DNA of 64,000 nt, from the NCBI GenBank assembly GCA_020724865.1, contig DYGA01000002.1, forward strand, positions 98,657 through 162,656. The letters run 5' to 3'. This stretch comes from Candidatus Paceibacter sp. (lineage in GTDB: Bacteria > Patescibacteriota > Patescibacteriia > S139-126). Numbering within the stretch: the first letter of the stretch is position 1; each line of letters begins with the position of its first letter. A program made the translations under genes and the position numbers. The notes under the pieces were generated by a model, which saw only the letters and a program-made list of their open reading frames with translations, was not told the origin of the DNA and ran no database searches. This document shows positions 20,366 to 29,989 of this stretch, piece after piece.

Positions 20366-21816
20366 ATATCCAAACTGAAACAATTTTTTCTTGGCATGAC
20401 AAATTGGTAAAAAAAGAGGTAAGTGCCGTAGAAATTTTGACTTTATATAAAAAGCGAATAGAAAAATTGGATAAAGAAATTCAAGCTTTTTTAACTTTGG
20501 ATTTTGAACACGCATTACAACAAGCCAAAAATATTGATGAACAAATAAAGCAAAAACAAGAAATTTCTCTTTTAGCTGGTCTGCCAGTAGGCGTAAAAGA
20601 TGTGTTAATGACTAAGGGTTTAAGGACTACAGCCGGTTCAAAAATTTTGGATAAATATCAGGCTGTGTATGATGCTACGGTTGTTGCTCGGCTTAAAGAT
20701 CAAGGTATGGTTATGGTTGGAAAAAATAATTGTGATGAATTTGCTATGGGTTCAAGTACCGAAAATTCGGCTTTTTATCCGACAAAAAATCCTTATGATT
20801 TAACTCGTGTTCCCGGTGGTTCATCAGGGGGAAGCGCCGCTGCAGTAGCAGCTAGTGAAGTGGTTTACTCTTTAGGCACTGATACCGGAGGTTCAATCAG
20901 ACAACCGGCTGCTTTTTGTGGAGTCGTAGGACTTAAACCAACTTATGGTTTGGTTTCACGTTATGGTTTAATTGCCATGGCTTCGTCACTTGATTGTATT
21001 GGTCCGTTTACTAAAACTGTAGCTGAATCTGCGGCCGTTTTATCTATTATTGCCGGTCATGATGCTAATGATGCTACCACCCAAGACAAAAAAATTAAAA
21101 ATTATCATGCTGAATTATCAGCTAATGTTAAGGGTTTAAAAGTTGGATTACCCCAGGAATATTTTATCAAAGGTTTAGATGAAAAAATAAAGTCAATTAT
21201 TATGAAATTGGTAAGGCAATTAGCAAACCAAGGGGCAGAAATTATTGATGTCAGTTTACCTTTAACTGAATATGCTTTGCCAGTTTATTATATTATTATG
21301 CCGGCTGAAGTCAGTTCCAATTTGGCCAAATTTGACGGCTTACGTTTTGGTTCAAGAGGTAAAGAACAAAAAAATTTATTTGCTTATTATGCTCATACGC
21401 GAGGTCAGGGTTTTGGCGCTGAAGTTAGGCGGCGCATTTTGATTGGAACCTATGTTTTATCAGCCGGTTATGTTGATGATTATTATTTACAAGCCCAAAA
21501 AGTCAGAACAAAAATTTATCAAGATTTTACCAAGATTTTTACTACAGTAGATGTTTTATTAACACCCACCACACCAACTATACCTTTTAAATTGGGGGAT
21601 AAAATTAGCGACCCGTTGCAGATGTATTTATCAGATATTTATACGGTATCGGCTAATTTAGCAGGATTGCCTGGATTATCAGTGCCAGCAGGTATGGTGG
21701 AAAATCTGCCAGTTGGTGTCCAATTAATAGGGCCAAGATTTAGTGAAAGTACATTATTCAATATTGGTTTAGTCATTGAAGAGCTCAGAGAACCAATTAA
21801 CCAGCCAAATTTATGA
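20362..21816 (+). CDS. gatA: Asp/Glu-tRNA amidotransferase subunit A
   Basis: GVKD, GGSSGGSAAAVA, DTGGSIRQP, EVSSNLAKFDG. Confidence 0.96.
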   Translation: MNIQTETIFSWHDKLVKKEVSAVEILTLYKKRIEKLDKEIQAFLTLDFEHALQQAKNIDEQIKQKQEISLLAGLPVGVKDVLMTKGLRTTAGSKILDKYQAVYDATVVARLKDQGMVMVGKNNCDEFAMGSSTENSAFYPTKNPYDLTRVPGGSSGGSAAAVAASEVVYSLGTDTGGSIRQPAAFCGVVGLKPTYGLVSRYGLIAMASSLDCIGPFTKTVAESAAVLSIIAGHDANDATTQDKKIKNYHAELSANVKGLKVGLPQEYFIKGLDEKIKSIIMKLVRQLANQGAEIIDVSLPLTEYALPVYYIIMPAEVSSNLAKFDGLRFGSRGKEQKNLFAYYAHTRGQGFGAEVRRRILIGTYVLSAGYVDDYYLQAQKVRTKIYQDFTKIFTTVDVLLTPTTPTIPFKLGDKISDPLQMYLSDIYTVSANLAGLPGLSVPAGMVENLPVGVQLIGPRFSESTLFNIGLVIEELREPINQPNL

Positions 21817-22229
21817 TATTCATTTTAGGTGGTATATTTTTTATAATTTTGCTAGGAATAGTAGTTTATATATTGAAAAAAGAAAACTCTTATGACGAGT
21901 TGGATATCGCTAGTTGGCAGAGTGAATGGGAAAAAATTAAAATGTTAGCTAAAAGTAAAGATGAGTTTGCTCAAAGACAAGCGGTAATTGCGGCTGATAA
22001 TTTATTTGATAAATTATTAAAACATAGAGGTATAGGCGGTTCTTCTTTTGGTGAAAGATTGAAAATTATTCAAAGTCGATATCCTGCATTGCGGCAAGTT
22101 TGGTCAGCCCATTTATTACGCAACCGTCTAGTTCATGAAAGTTCTTATAAATTAAAAAATAATGAAGCCGAGAAAGCCATAAAAATTTTTGCTAAAGGTT
22201 TCAAAGAGTTAGGTTTAAATTTAAATTAA
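21813..22229 (+). CDS. TM-anchored HEPN/DUF4145-like protein
   Basis: N-terminal TM; helical domain with RNRLVH (Rx4H). Confidence 0.6.
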   Translation: MIFILGGIFFIILLGIVVYILKKENSYDELDIASWQSEWEKIKMLAKSKDEFAQRQAVIAADNLFDKLLKHRGIGGSSFGERLKIIQSRYPALRQVWSAHLLRNRLVHESSYKLKNNEAEKAIKIFAKGFKELGLNLN

Positions 22230-22234
22230 AATAT

Positions 22235-23215
22235 ATGTCAAACGATAAAACACATCCATCTTTAGATAGTTTACAATCTAGAACACTAGATTTAATTATT
22301 GCGGGGGCCGGGCCGGCTGGTTTAAGTGCAGCAGTTTATTCGTCACGGCGTAAACTTGATACCTTGGTAATTACCAAAGATATTGGCGGACAGACTAATT
22401 GGTCAGCCGAAGTAGAAAATTATTTAGGCTATGAGTTTATGTCTGGTTATGAGTTGGCACAAAAATTTTATGCACATGTTAAGAAAATAGATGATGAAAA
22501 TTCTTTGTTTGACTTGGAGTTATTGGAGAACGATCCCGTGGTAAAAATAGAGCCAGAAGGTAAAGAATTTTTAGTGACGACTCAAAGTCAAAAAATATTT
22601 AGAGCACGAGCGGTGTTAATTGCCACTGGTGCTAAGCCTCGCCATTTAAATATACCAGGTGAAAAAGAGTTGATTGGACGGGGGGTCACGTTTTGTGCTA
22701 CTTGCGATGGGCCGCTTTATCAAAATAAAATAATTGCGGTAATTGGCGGAGGAAATAGTGCTATGGAAGCAGTACTATATTTAACCAAAATTGCTAAAAC
22801 TATTTATTTAATAAATATTAATGAAAATTTTCGAGGAGAGACAACTTTGGCAGAAGAAATTGCAAAGTTAAAAAATGTTATAATAAAAAACAATACGGAA
22901 ACATTAGCCATGTCGGGTACTGGTAAATTGGAAAAAATTAAAATAAAAAATAAAAAAACTTTACAAGAAGAATGGATTGCGGTTGACGGTGTTTTTGAAG
23001 AAATAGGTTATGAACCAAATAGTGCGCCGTTTGCGAATTTGGTTAAATTAAATGCCAAAAAAGAGATTATTATTGACGAAAGAAATCGCACCTCAGTGCC
23101 GGGGATTTTTGCTGCTGGCGACGTGTCTAGCGTTCCCCAAAAACAAATTATAATTGCTGCTGGCGAAGGTGCTAAAGCAGTACTTGAGATATATAATTAT
23201 TTACTACCAAAATAA
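22235..23215 (+). CDS. trxB: Thioredoxin reductase-family FAD oxidoreductase
   Basis: GAGPAG, CATCDG, GGGNSA, FAAGD. Confidence 0.88.
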   Translation: MSNDKTHPSLDSLQSRTLDLIIAGAGPAGLSAAVYSSRRKLDTLVITKDIGGQTNWSAEVENYLGYEFMSGYELAQKFYAHVKKIDDENSLFDLELLENDPVVKIEPEGKEFLVTTQSQKIFRARAVLIATGAKPRHLNIPGEKELIGRGVTFCATCDGPLYQNKIIAVIGGGNSAMEAVLYLTKIAKTIYLININENFRGETTLAEEIAKLKNVIIKNNTETLAMSGTGKLEKIKIKNKKTLQEEWIAVDGVFEEIGYEPNSAPFANLVKLNAKKEIIIDERNRTSVPGIFAAGDVSSVPQKQIIIAAGEGAKAVLEIYNYLLPK

Positions 23216-23589
23216 TGCCCCAAAAAACTATTGCCATCATTGGCGCGTCAAGAGATGAGAAAAAGTATTCTCACAAAGCTATTAAAGCCTTTTTAAATAG
23301 TGGTTATAAAGTTTATCCTGTAAATCCACATGCTTCCAAAATAGGTGGATTGGATTGCTATGGTGATTTGGAAGATTTACCTGAAAAAGTGGAAGAAATA
23401 AGTATTTATTTACCACCTTATTTAACTATTGGTATTTTACAGTCATTGGTTGATTATCCAGTTAAAAAAATTTATTTAAATCCAGGTAGCGCTGATGATA
23501 TTGTTAGAGATATTGCACAAAAATTTAAATTGCCCGTCGTTGAAGCTTGCAGTATACGCGCTCAAGGGCAAGATCCGGATATGTTATAG
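23215..23589 (+). CDS. CoA-binding protein (YccU-like)
   Basis: IAIIGAS, YPVNP, YLNPG. Confidence 0.85.
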   Translation: MPQKTIAIIGASRDEKKYSHKAIKAFLNSGYKVYPVNPHASKIGGLDCYGDLEDLPEKVEEISIYLPPYLTIGILQSLVDYPVKKIYLNPGSADDIVRDIAQKFKLPVVEACSIRAQGQDPDML

Positions 23590-23673
23590 TAATAATAATT
23601 ATAAATTATAAATTTTAAATTATAAAACAACATAAAAATTTGTAATTTATAATTTATAATTTATTTTAAAAAT
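23590..23673. repeat. AT-rich heptamer (AAATTAT/ATAATTT) inverted tandem array
   Basis: ATAAATT units followed by inverted AATTTAT units; similar array at 24283-24354. Confidence 0.55.
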
Positions 23674-24282
23674 ATGTCCAATAAAACAAATTTATTTTTT
23701 ATAATTGCCGGAGTAGTTATTACAATTGGTGCAATTGGAATTTGGTTAAGTATGGGTAGTGCTCCAACTTATGAGAATGTTAATTCGCCTAGACCTGTTA
23801 AAGGTAGTAGTGAGGCTAAAGTTGTAGTTGAAGAATTTTCTGATTTTCAATGTCCAGCTTGTAAATCTGCCCAAGATACAGTCAAACGGGTAATCAATGA
23901 ATTTGGTGACCAAATAAGATTTGAATTTAAGCATTTTCCTTTGACAACTATTCATCCGCAGGCTTTTCGGGCGGCACTGGCTTCCGAATGTGCCAATGAT
24001 CAGGGTAAATTTTGGGAATATCATGATTTATTGTTTATAAATCAGCCAAATTTTTCTCCGAGCGAATTGGTATCTTATGCTGAAGGTTTAGGTTTAAATA
24101 AAGATACTTTCAAAGCTTGTTTAGATTCAAGAGCAAAAAACGATGTTGTTCGAGCTGATATGGCTGAAGCCAGTAGTCGTCAGGTAAATGCCACTCCAAC
24201 TTTTTTTGTCAATGGGCAAGTCGTGCAAAATTGGAATCAATTGGGTGACATTATTTCTGCTGCCCTCGGAGAACAAAATTAA
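23674..24282 (+). CDS. DsbA-family thiol:disulfide oxidoreductase
   Basis: N-terminal TM, FSDFQCPAC, KHFPL, ATPTFFVNG cis-Pro loop. Confidence 0.92.
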   Translation: MSNKTNLFFIIAGVVITIGAIGIWLSMGSAPTYENVNSPRPVKGSSEAKVVVEEFSDFQCPACKSAQDTVKRVINEFGDQIRFEFKHFPLTTIHPQAFRAALASECANDQGKFWEYHDLLFINQPNFSPSELVSYAEGLGLNKDTFKACLDSRAKNDVVRADMAEASSRQVNATPTFFVNGQVVQNWNQLGDIISAALGEQN

Positions 24283-24354
24283 TTTTAAATTTTCAATTAT
24301 AAATTATAAAATAATTATTTAAAATTTATAATTTATAATTAATAATTATCAAAG
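24283..24354. repeat. AT-rich heptamer inverted tandem array
   Basis: AATTATAAATTATAAA ... TTTATAATTTATAATT inverted pair. Confidence 0.55.
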
Positions 24355-25155
24355 ATGTTTTCTTGGCTTCACTCTTATAACCCATCGCCAATTTTGTTTG
24401 ATTTTGGTTTTGTACAAGTACATTGGTATGGTTTATTGATGTTAGTTAGTATTTTAGGGTCATTTTTTGTTTTATTAAAAAAAGCTGAGGTTTTTTCTCT
24501 AAATCGAAACCAGATATGGGATTTATTGTTTTGGTTGGTGGTAGGCGGAATTTTGGGAGCAAGAATATATGAAGTTTTACTAGTTGAACCCACTTTTTAT
24601 TTTTCTCATCCAGGTCAAATGGTGAAAGTCTGGCAAGGTGGTCTGGCAATTCATGGTGCGTGGCTTGGAGGGTTGATAGTTTTGTGGTTTTTCAGTAAAA
24701 AATGGAAAATTTCGCTGTGGAAATTGACTGATGCTATAACATTTGTTTTACCTTTAGGGCAAGCTATTGGCCGGTGGGGAAACTATTTTAATCAAGAGTT
24801 ATATGGTCTGCCAACTAATTTGCCTTGGGGAATACCAATTGCCGTAGACAATCGTTTGTCAGAATATGTTCAATTTACTCATTTTCATCCGACTTTTTTG
24901 TATGAATCAATCGGTGCTTTACTGATATTTATTTTATTATTTTGGTTTCTTAAACAGAAAAGGTTTACAGGTCAGATTACCTTAGTCTATTTGGGACTTT
25001 ATTCAGCTTTACGTTTAGCTTTGGAGTTTATTCGTTTAGATCCGGCTTTTATGTTGTTTGGCATACGTTGGCCAATTATTTTCAGTAGTTTGGTAATATT
25101 ATTGGTTATGATAATTTATTTTAAAAAAATAATTATATTAAAAAATAAATTATAA
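24355..25155 (+). CDS. lgt: Prolipoprotein diacylglyceryl transferase
   Basis: HWYG, GARIY, GGLAIHG, GRWGNYFNQELYG, HPTFLYES. Confidence 0.95.
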   Translation: MFSWLHSYNPSPILFDFGFVQVHWYGLLMLVSILGSFFVLLKKAEVFSLNRNQIWDLLFWLVVGGILGARIYEVLLVEPTFYFSHPGQMVKVWQGGLAIHGAWLGGLIVLWFFSKKWKISLWKLTDAITFVLPLGQAIGRWGNYFNQELYGLPTNLPWGIPIAVDNRLSEYVQFTHFHPTFLYESIGALLIFILLFWFLKQKRFTGQITLVYLGLYSALRLALEFIRLDPAFMLFGIRWPIIFSSLVILLVMIIYFKKIIILKNKL

Positions 25156-25174
25156 CTTAATTTAAATGCATATA

Positions 25175-25206
25175 AAAAAACATCTGATATTATCAGGTGT
25201 TTTTTT
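25175..25206. terminator. Bidirectional terminator between lgt and tRNA-Asp
   Basis: AAAAAAACATCTGATA-T-TATCAGGTGTTTTTTT. Confidence 0.7.
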
Positions 25207-25207
25207 A

Positions 25208-25284
25208 TGGCGGGGCCGAAGGGACTCGAACCCTCGACCTCCTGCGTGACAGGCAGGCGTTCTAACCAACTGAACTACGACCCC
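25208..25284 (-). tRNA. tRNA-Asp (anticodon GUC), CCA encoded
   Basis: GGGGTCGTAGTTCAGTTGGTTAGAACGCCTGCCTGTCACGCAGGAGGTCGAGGGTTCGAGTCCCTTCGGCCCCGCCA folds as a canonical cloverleaf. Confidence 0.97.
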
Positions 25285-25403
25285 AGTTATTTAAAAAATT
25301 GCTGCCAAAACAGCATAATTATAATAAATTATTATTAATAATAAATCAAGACCAGTTAATAGTTTGTAAATAAGCTTTATTAATTATGTTATAATTAATT
25401 TTG

Positions 25404-26609
25404 ATGAAAAAAATATTTTATTTATTTATAGTAATTACTTTTTTACCGTTGCATCAGATAAAAGCCGTTGATGATTTGGCTGGTCGGTTGTCGGGTAGGA
25501 TTTTATTACAGGTAGAGAGTTACGGACGAGCTTGGTATGTGGATCCAGTTAGTCAAACCAGATATTATCTGCGTGATGGTGATGAAGCATTTAATATCAT
25601 GCGTTCATTGGGATTGGGTATAACTAATCGTGATTTAGCCAAGATTCCAACTAAAAAGGGCGAATTAGGTGATAAAAAATTAATCCAGAGATTAAAAGGG
25701 CGGATTTTGTTGCAAGTGGAAAGTCGCGGCGAGGCTTGGTATGTAAATCCGGTTGATGGTATGCGGTATTATTTACCAACTAGGGAAGCGGCTTTTAATA
25801 TTATGCGTAATTTTGGTTTAGGAATAACTAATGATAATTTACGGCAAATAAAAGTCAATAATCAACAGCTAATTCATGATACTACTTTTCAGGATGTAGC
25901 TTATGTAAGTTATGATGGTACAGATTTTAACCAAGGGTACAATGCTGACGTTGTATTGCCAATGGCCAGTTTGACAAAATTGATGACCGCTTTAGTTTTA
26001 CTTGATACCAATCCTAATTGGCAAAAAAGTATTACTATTACTCAAGATGAACTTGATTATCCAAAAAGTTTAGTTGGTTCAGATATTACCAGTGAGGTCG
26101 ATTTACATGTCGGAGATAAATTAACATTTTATGATTTATGGCTGGCAATGTTGATTGCCTCCTCCAATCAAGCGACTGTGGCTTTGGTAGATAATTCTGG
26201 TCTGTCACGAACTGAATTCATTGCGGCTATGAATCAAAAAGCTAAAGATTTAGGCTTAACAAAAACCAAATTTTTTGATATGACCGGTCTTGATGCTCAC
26301 AATGTCACTACTGCTAAACAAATGGCTCAGTTAGGTTATGTAGCTTTTAGTAAAAGTGACATAACCTCAGCTAGTGCCATAAAGGATTATATTGCCCCAG
26401 TTACTGATGCGACTGGTCAGATTAGGCAGGTTAAAATAACTGATCGTAATTACAGTTTACAAACTTTTTCGCCCGAGGCTGCAAAGACTGGATTTTTAGT
26501 AGAGGCGCAACGCACGGTAGTATTAAAAAAGAATAATCAAATCATAGTAGTCCTACATGCTTTAAGTATGTCACAAAGGAATGAAATAATTCAGAAATTG
26601 TTAAAATAA
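25404..26609 (+). CDS. D-Ala-D-Ala carboxy/endopeptidase (S11) with two N-terminal repeats
   Basis: Signal peptide; 2x GRILLQVES.G.AWYV.P; SLTK, SSN, KTG motifs. Confidence 0.85.
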   Translation: MKKIFYLFIVITFLPLHQIKAVDDLAGRLSGRILLQVESYGRAWYVDPVSQTRYYLRDGDEAFNIMRSLGLGITNRDLAKIPTKKGELGDKKLIQRLKGRILLQVESRGEAWYVNPVDGMRYYLPTREAAFNIMRNFGLGITNDNLRQIKVNNQQLIHDTTFQDVAYVSYDGTDFNQGYNADVVLPMASLTKLMTALVLLDTNPNWQKSITITQDELDYPKSLVGSDITSEVDLHVGDKLTFYDLWLAMLIASSNQATVALVDNSGLSRTEFIAAMNQKAKDLGLTKTKFFDMTGLDAHNVTTAKQMAQLGYVAFSKSDITSASAIKDYIAPVTDATGQIRQVKITDRNYSLQTFSPEAAKTGFLVEAQRTVVLKKNNQIIVVLHALSMSQRNEIIQKLLK

Positions 26610-26793
26610 TTAGTGTAGTTTTTTGAGATAATAAATCATAAACTATAAGTCAACATATTCATAAAATTATTGGAAAAATTAAATTATTTTTTGCAGTTTA
26701 AAAATTAGTGCTTGCCGTTTTTGAAATTTTAAATTGTAACTAGTTTATCACGAAGACATTTACAAAATAAAAAAATAAAATCAGCTAAATCTA

Positions 26794-27273
26794 ATGAAAT
26801 TAAATTTGAATAAAAATATATTTGATTACATTGTGTTTTTAAAATTATTTGATGGCATTTTAGGTGTCTTGGCGGGACTAACGGTTTATTTTGTCAAAAA
26901 AGAAAGTGTACTAAAATTTGTCTATTGGTTATTTCAGCATGAGTTAACCGAAGATCCGAATGATTTTTTTATAAACAAATTTTTTTCTTGGCTTAATATT
27001 TTATCTTTATCTACTCAAAATTTTATTGCAATTTATTTATTTATAAACGGATTGTTAAAAATATTTTTAATGAGTATGTTATTAAAGAATAAACCATGGG
27101 CTTACCCGGTAACAGGTTATTTAATGGTTTTTATGGTTGGTTATCAAATTTTTAGAATTTTTCACAGTCATTCTTTAGTATTAGTTGGTTTAACTATTTT
27201 GGATATTATTATTATTTATTTAATTTTTGATAAATATAATAAATTTTTGGATGGCAGGGAGGGGATATCGTAA
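26794..27273 (+). CDS. DUF2127-like membrane protein
   Basis: LKLFDG, HELTEDPND, KPWAYP; 4 TMs. Confidence 0.75.
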   Translation: MKLNLNKNIFDYIVFLKLFDGILGVLAGLTVYFVKKESVLKFVYWLFQHELTEDPNDFFINKFFSWLNILSLSTQNFIAIYLFINGLLKIFLMSMLLKNKPWAYPVTGYLMVFMVGYQIFRIFHSHSLVLVGLTILDIIIIYLIFDKYNKFLDGREGIS

Positions 27274-27302
27274 AAGTTAATTGATTTTGGTATAATTAGA
27301 TT

Positions 27303-27659
27303 ATGAAAATAACTAAACAATTTTTATCAATTTCTATTTTGGGTTTGATCTTAGTGCCTTTGGCTGCTTTGGCTCAGGTTGATTTTGGTTTAGGTTATGG
27401 TTCAGCGATTGGTCTGGGTACCAGAGATATCAGAGAAACAATTGCCCGAATTATCAATATTGCTTTGGGAATTTTAGGATTGTTAATGGTATTGATAATA
27501 ATTTATGGGGTAGTGGGAGCAGCCAGTGGTTATGGTACGGATCGGGGAGAGACAGCTAGAAAAACTATTGTTGCGGGCGTGATTGGTCTTTTGATAATTA
27601 TTATTGCTTATGCGCTTAGCACATTTGTCTTTAGAGTAATTTTGGATTCAACTTCATAA
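27303..27659 (+). CDS. TrbC/VirB2-like pilin-family membrane protein
   Basis: Signal peptide plus two TMs, ARKTIVAGVIGL. Confidence 0.65.
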   Translation: MKITKQFLSISILGLILVPLAALAQVDFGLGYGSAIGLGTRDIRETIARIINIALGILGLLMVLIIIYGVVGAASGYGTDRGETARKTIVAGVIGLLIIIIAYALSTFVFRVILDSTS

Positions 27660-27690
27660 CCTTCATTGCCTAGTGATATAGAAATTTATT

Positions 27691-28500
27691 ATGACCATAC
27701 AGACAAACAAAAAAGTTGGTTTAGCATTGGGTAGTGGCGGTGTTAAGGGTTTGGCTCATGTGGGGGTTATTAAAACATTACTCAAATATAAAATCCCAAT
27801 TGACTTTATAGCGGGATCTAGTATAGGCGCTTGGGTGGCGTGTTTTTTTGGTTTATTTCAAGATGTTGCTAAATTGGAGGATTATACAGTCAATAAACGA
27901 CGGGATAAATTTTATGTTTTTTTAGAACCTGCTTTACAAGGTGGTTTGATTAAGGGGGATAAATTAGAAAAATTGTTAAATGAGTGGTTTAAAGGAGCAA
28001 ATTTTTCTGATACAAAAATTCCAGTAGCAGCTGTTGCTACTGATTTAATCACTGGTCAGTCAGTAGTTTTAAATCAGGGCAATTTAGCCAAAGCCGTTAG
28101 GGCCAGCATGTCTATTCCTACTTTATTTAAACCAGTAAATATTGGCGATCAACTATTAATAGATGGTGGTTCTAGTAATCCCGTGCCAGATGATTTAGTA
28201 AGACAAATGGGCGCGGACATTGTAATAAGTGTAAATTTAGATAATTATGAAAAATATCGTCCCATAGAATTTGATGATTATTCATTTAAAAAAGTAGCCA
28301 ATCGAAGTTTAGATATCATGCGCCATTATTTAGCTAAATATTCTCTACAAAATTCTGATATAATTTTAGCTCCGACTTTTCCTGCCGTTGGATTTTCTAG
28401 CTGGCGAAGTTATTTTCGTGAGGAAATCGGAGTGGAGATTGTAAAAATTGGAGAAGATGAAATGGAAAAAAATATTGAATCACTTTTGCGTTTATTATAA
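27691..28500 (+). CDS. Patatin-like phospholipase (RssA-like)
   Basis: GSGGVKG, GSSIG, DGG. Confidence 0.92.
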   Translation: MTIQTNKKVGLALGSGGVKGLAHVGVIKTLLKYKIPIDFIAGSSIGAWVACFFGLFQDVAKLEDYTVNKRRDKFYVFLEPALQGGLIKGDKLEKLLNEWFKGANFSDTKIPVAAVATDLITGQSVVLNQGNLAKAVRASMSIPTLFKPVNIGDQLLIDGGSSNPVPDDLVRQMGADIVISVNLDNYEKYRPIEFDDYSFKKVANRSLDIMRHYLAKYSLQNSDIILAPTFPAVGFSSWRSYFREEIGVEIVKIGEDEMEKNIESLLRLL

Positions 28501-28520
28501 TTTAAGTCTAAGCTTTAAAT

Positions 28521-29015
28521 ATGATTACTGCCCCTATTCAAATGAATGAACAAGTCAGATTAGCCGCAGTTCACTCTTTGGCTATTTTAGATACTCAGCC
28601 AGAAGAAAGATTTGATGTAATTACTAAGGCGGTTTGTGAAAAATTTAAAGTGCCTATTTCTACCATTTCCATAATTGACGGTCAACGAGAATGGTATAAA
28701 TCGTGTTGGGGACTTGATGTCCGTGAAGGGCCTAGAGACATATCTTTTTGTGGTCATGCTATGTACGCTGATTATGTTTTTGTAGTTGAAGACACTTGGC
28801 AGGACCCAAGATTTTTTGATAATCCTTATGTTAAAGGTAAACCCTACATCCGTTTTTATGCTGGTGTGGCGTTGCGGGAAAATAATACTCGTCTGCCGGT
28901 AGGGGTTTTATGTATCAAGGATAATAAACCTAGAAAGTTTTCCTTGGATAATATCAATAAACTAATTGAATTTGCCAAACAGGCGGAAATTGAAATAAAC
29001 AAAAAATTACCCTAA
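28521..29015 (+). CDS. Stand-alone GAF domain protein
   Basis: RLAAV..L.ILDT.PEERFD, SFCGHA, DPRF.DNP.V, IRFYAG. Confidence 0.88.
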   Translation: MITAPIQMNEQVRLAAVHSLAILDTQPEERFDVITKAVCEKFKVPISTISIIDGQREWYKSCWGLDVREGPRDISFCGHAMYADYVFVVEDTWQDPRFFDNPYVKGKPYIRFYAGVALRENNTRLPVGVLCIKDNKPRKFSLDNINKLIEFAKQAEIEINKKLP

Positions 29016-29223
29016 TAGATATATAGTTTGCAGTTTTTTTACTTTTTATAAATATATTTTTGTTGAATTAAGTGCACTATCAAAACAAAACACCAGTTTT
29101 AAAAATCAACGGGGTATTTGTTTTGTTTCTTATGTGATTGATGGTTTGTGTTACTTGTTTGGATAGTGGATACGGTATTTTGCTAAAAGGTTAGGGCGCT
29201 TATCAATAATTTAATATAAAATT

Positions 29224-29250
29224 AAAACCCGTACTTAGGTACGGGTAAAA
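29224..29250 (-). terminator. Intrinsic terminator
   Basis: ACCCGTAC-TTAG-GTACGGGT with U-tract on minus strand. Confidence 0.7.
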
Positions 29251-29251
29251 T

Positions 29252-29863
29252 TTATTTTAATGGTTTGACTGTAATTTTCAATTTTTTGATTTCAGATGTA
29301 CTGATGTTGGTTTTCGGCATTTCGCTAATATTTACTTTAATCGATTCATCGCAATCTGATTTCTCTACTATAGGTTTTTGATATTTTTTAAAAAGACTCA
29401 GGTCTTTTCCCAGGATATTGATGCAAGTATACTTAGCATAATTTGCTTTTTGTTTACTAGTTGCTTCATCAAGTCCTATTAGAGAATAAAGTGCTTGGGC
29501 AACAAAAAAATTGTTATCTCTAATTAATTTTTCGTGTTTCTCAATACGTTTGAAGGCTGAGTCCAATTTTTGAACAACTGCAGAGTCATTTTGACTCAAG
29601 ATATTTAAGCTACTGACAATATCAGTAAAGTTTTGTTCTGTTTGGTTTTGAAAAATTTTCAATGAATCAGCCACTTGCTGATGTGCTTTTTGTAAAATTT
29701 CCAATTTTTCTTTAGTCTCAAAAAATAGAGGATAAACCACCCATTTATATACAACAAAATAGCCAAACAGCAGTAGCAATACAGCAGAGGTTGAATAAAA
29801 TATTTTTTTATTATTCAAAAATTTTTTACTCCAACCAGACAAACCGATATTTAATTTATTCAT
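29252..29863 (-). CDS. Orphan protein, single TM plus coiled coil
   Basis: 203 aa; AAGGAG SD; own TTGACA promoter (29930-29935) and terminator. Confidence 0.75.
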   Translation of the reverse strand: MNKLNIGLSGWSKKFLNNKKIFYSTSAVLLLLFGYFVVYKWVVYPLFFETKEKLEILQKAHQQVADSLKIFQNQTEQNFTDIVSSLNILSQNDSAVVQKLDSAFKRIEKHEKLIRDNNFFVAQALYSLIGLDEATSKQKANYAKYTCINILGKDLSLFKKYQKPIVEKSDCDESIKVNISEMPKTNISTSEIKKLKITVKPLK

Positions 29864-29940
29864 TTTTTACTCCTTATTTTTTTGTTAAATTTCAAAAAGA
29901 TATATTAAATTACAACAGTATTTAGTTTTTGTCAAGCAAT

Positions 29941-29970
29941 AAAAAACCGCTAGTGATTATACACTAGCGG
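29941..29970 (-). terminator. Intrinsic terminator
   Basis: CCGCTAGTG-ATTATA-CACTAGCGG with T-tract on minus strand. Confidence 0.8.
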
Positions 29971-29989
29971 CTAGTTAAGCAATATTTTT

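Noticed and set aside
20084-21816. Missing gatB as an anomaly
   Set aside because: gatB is often unlinked from gatCA; absence from this window is uninformative
29075-29168. Possible structured RNA (CACTATC.AAACAA/TTGTTT.GATAGTG pairing) downstream of the GAF gene
   Set aside because: A single imperfect stem in AT-rich sequence with no clear promoter; insufficient support
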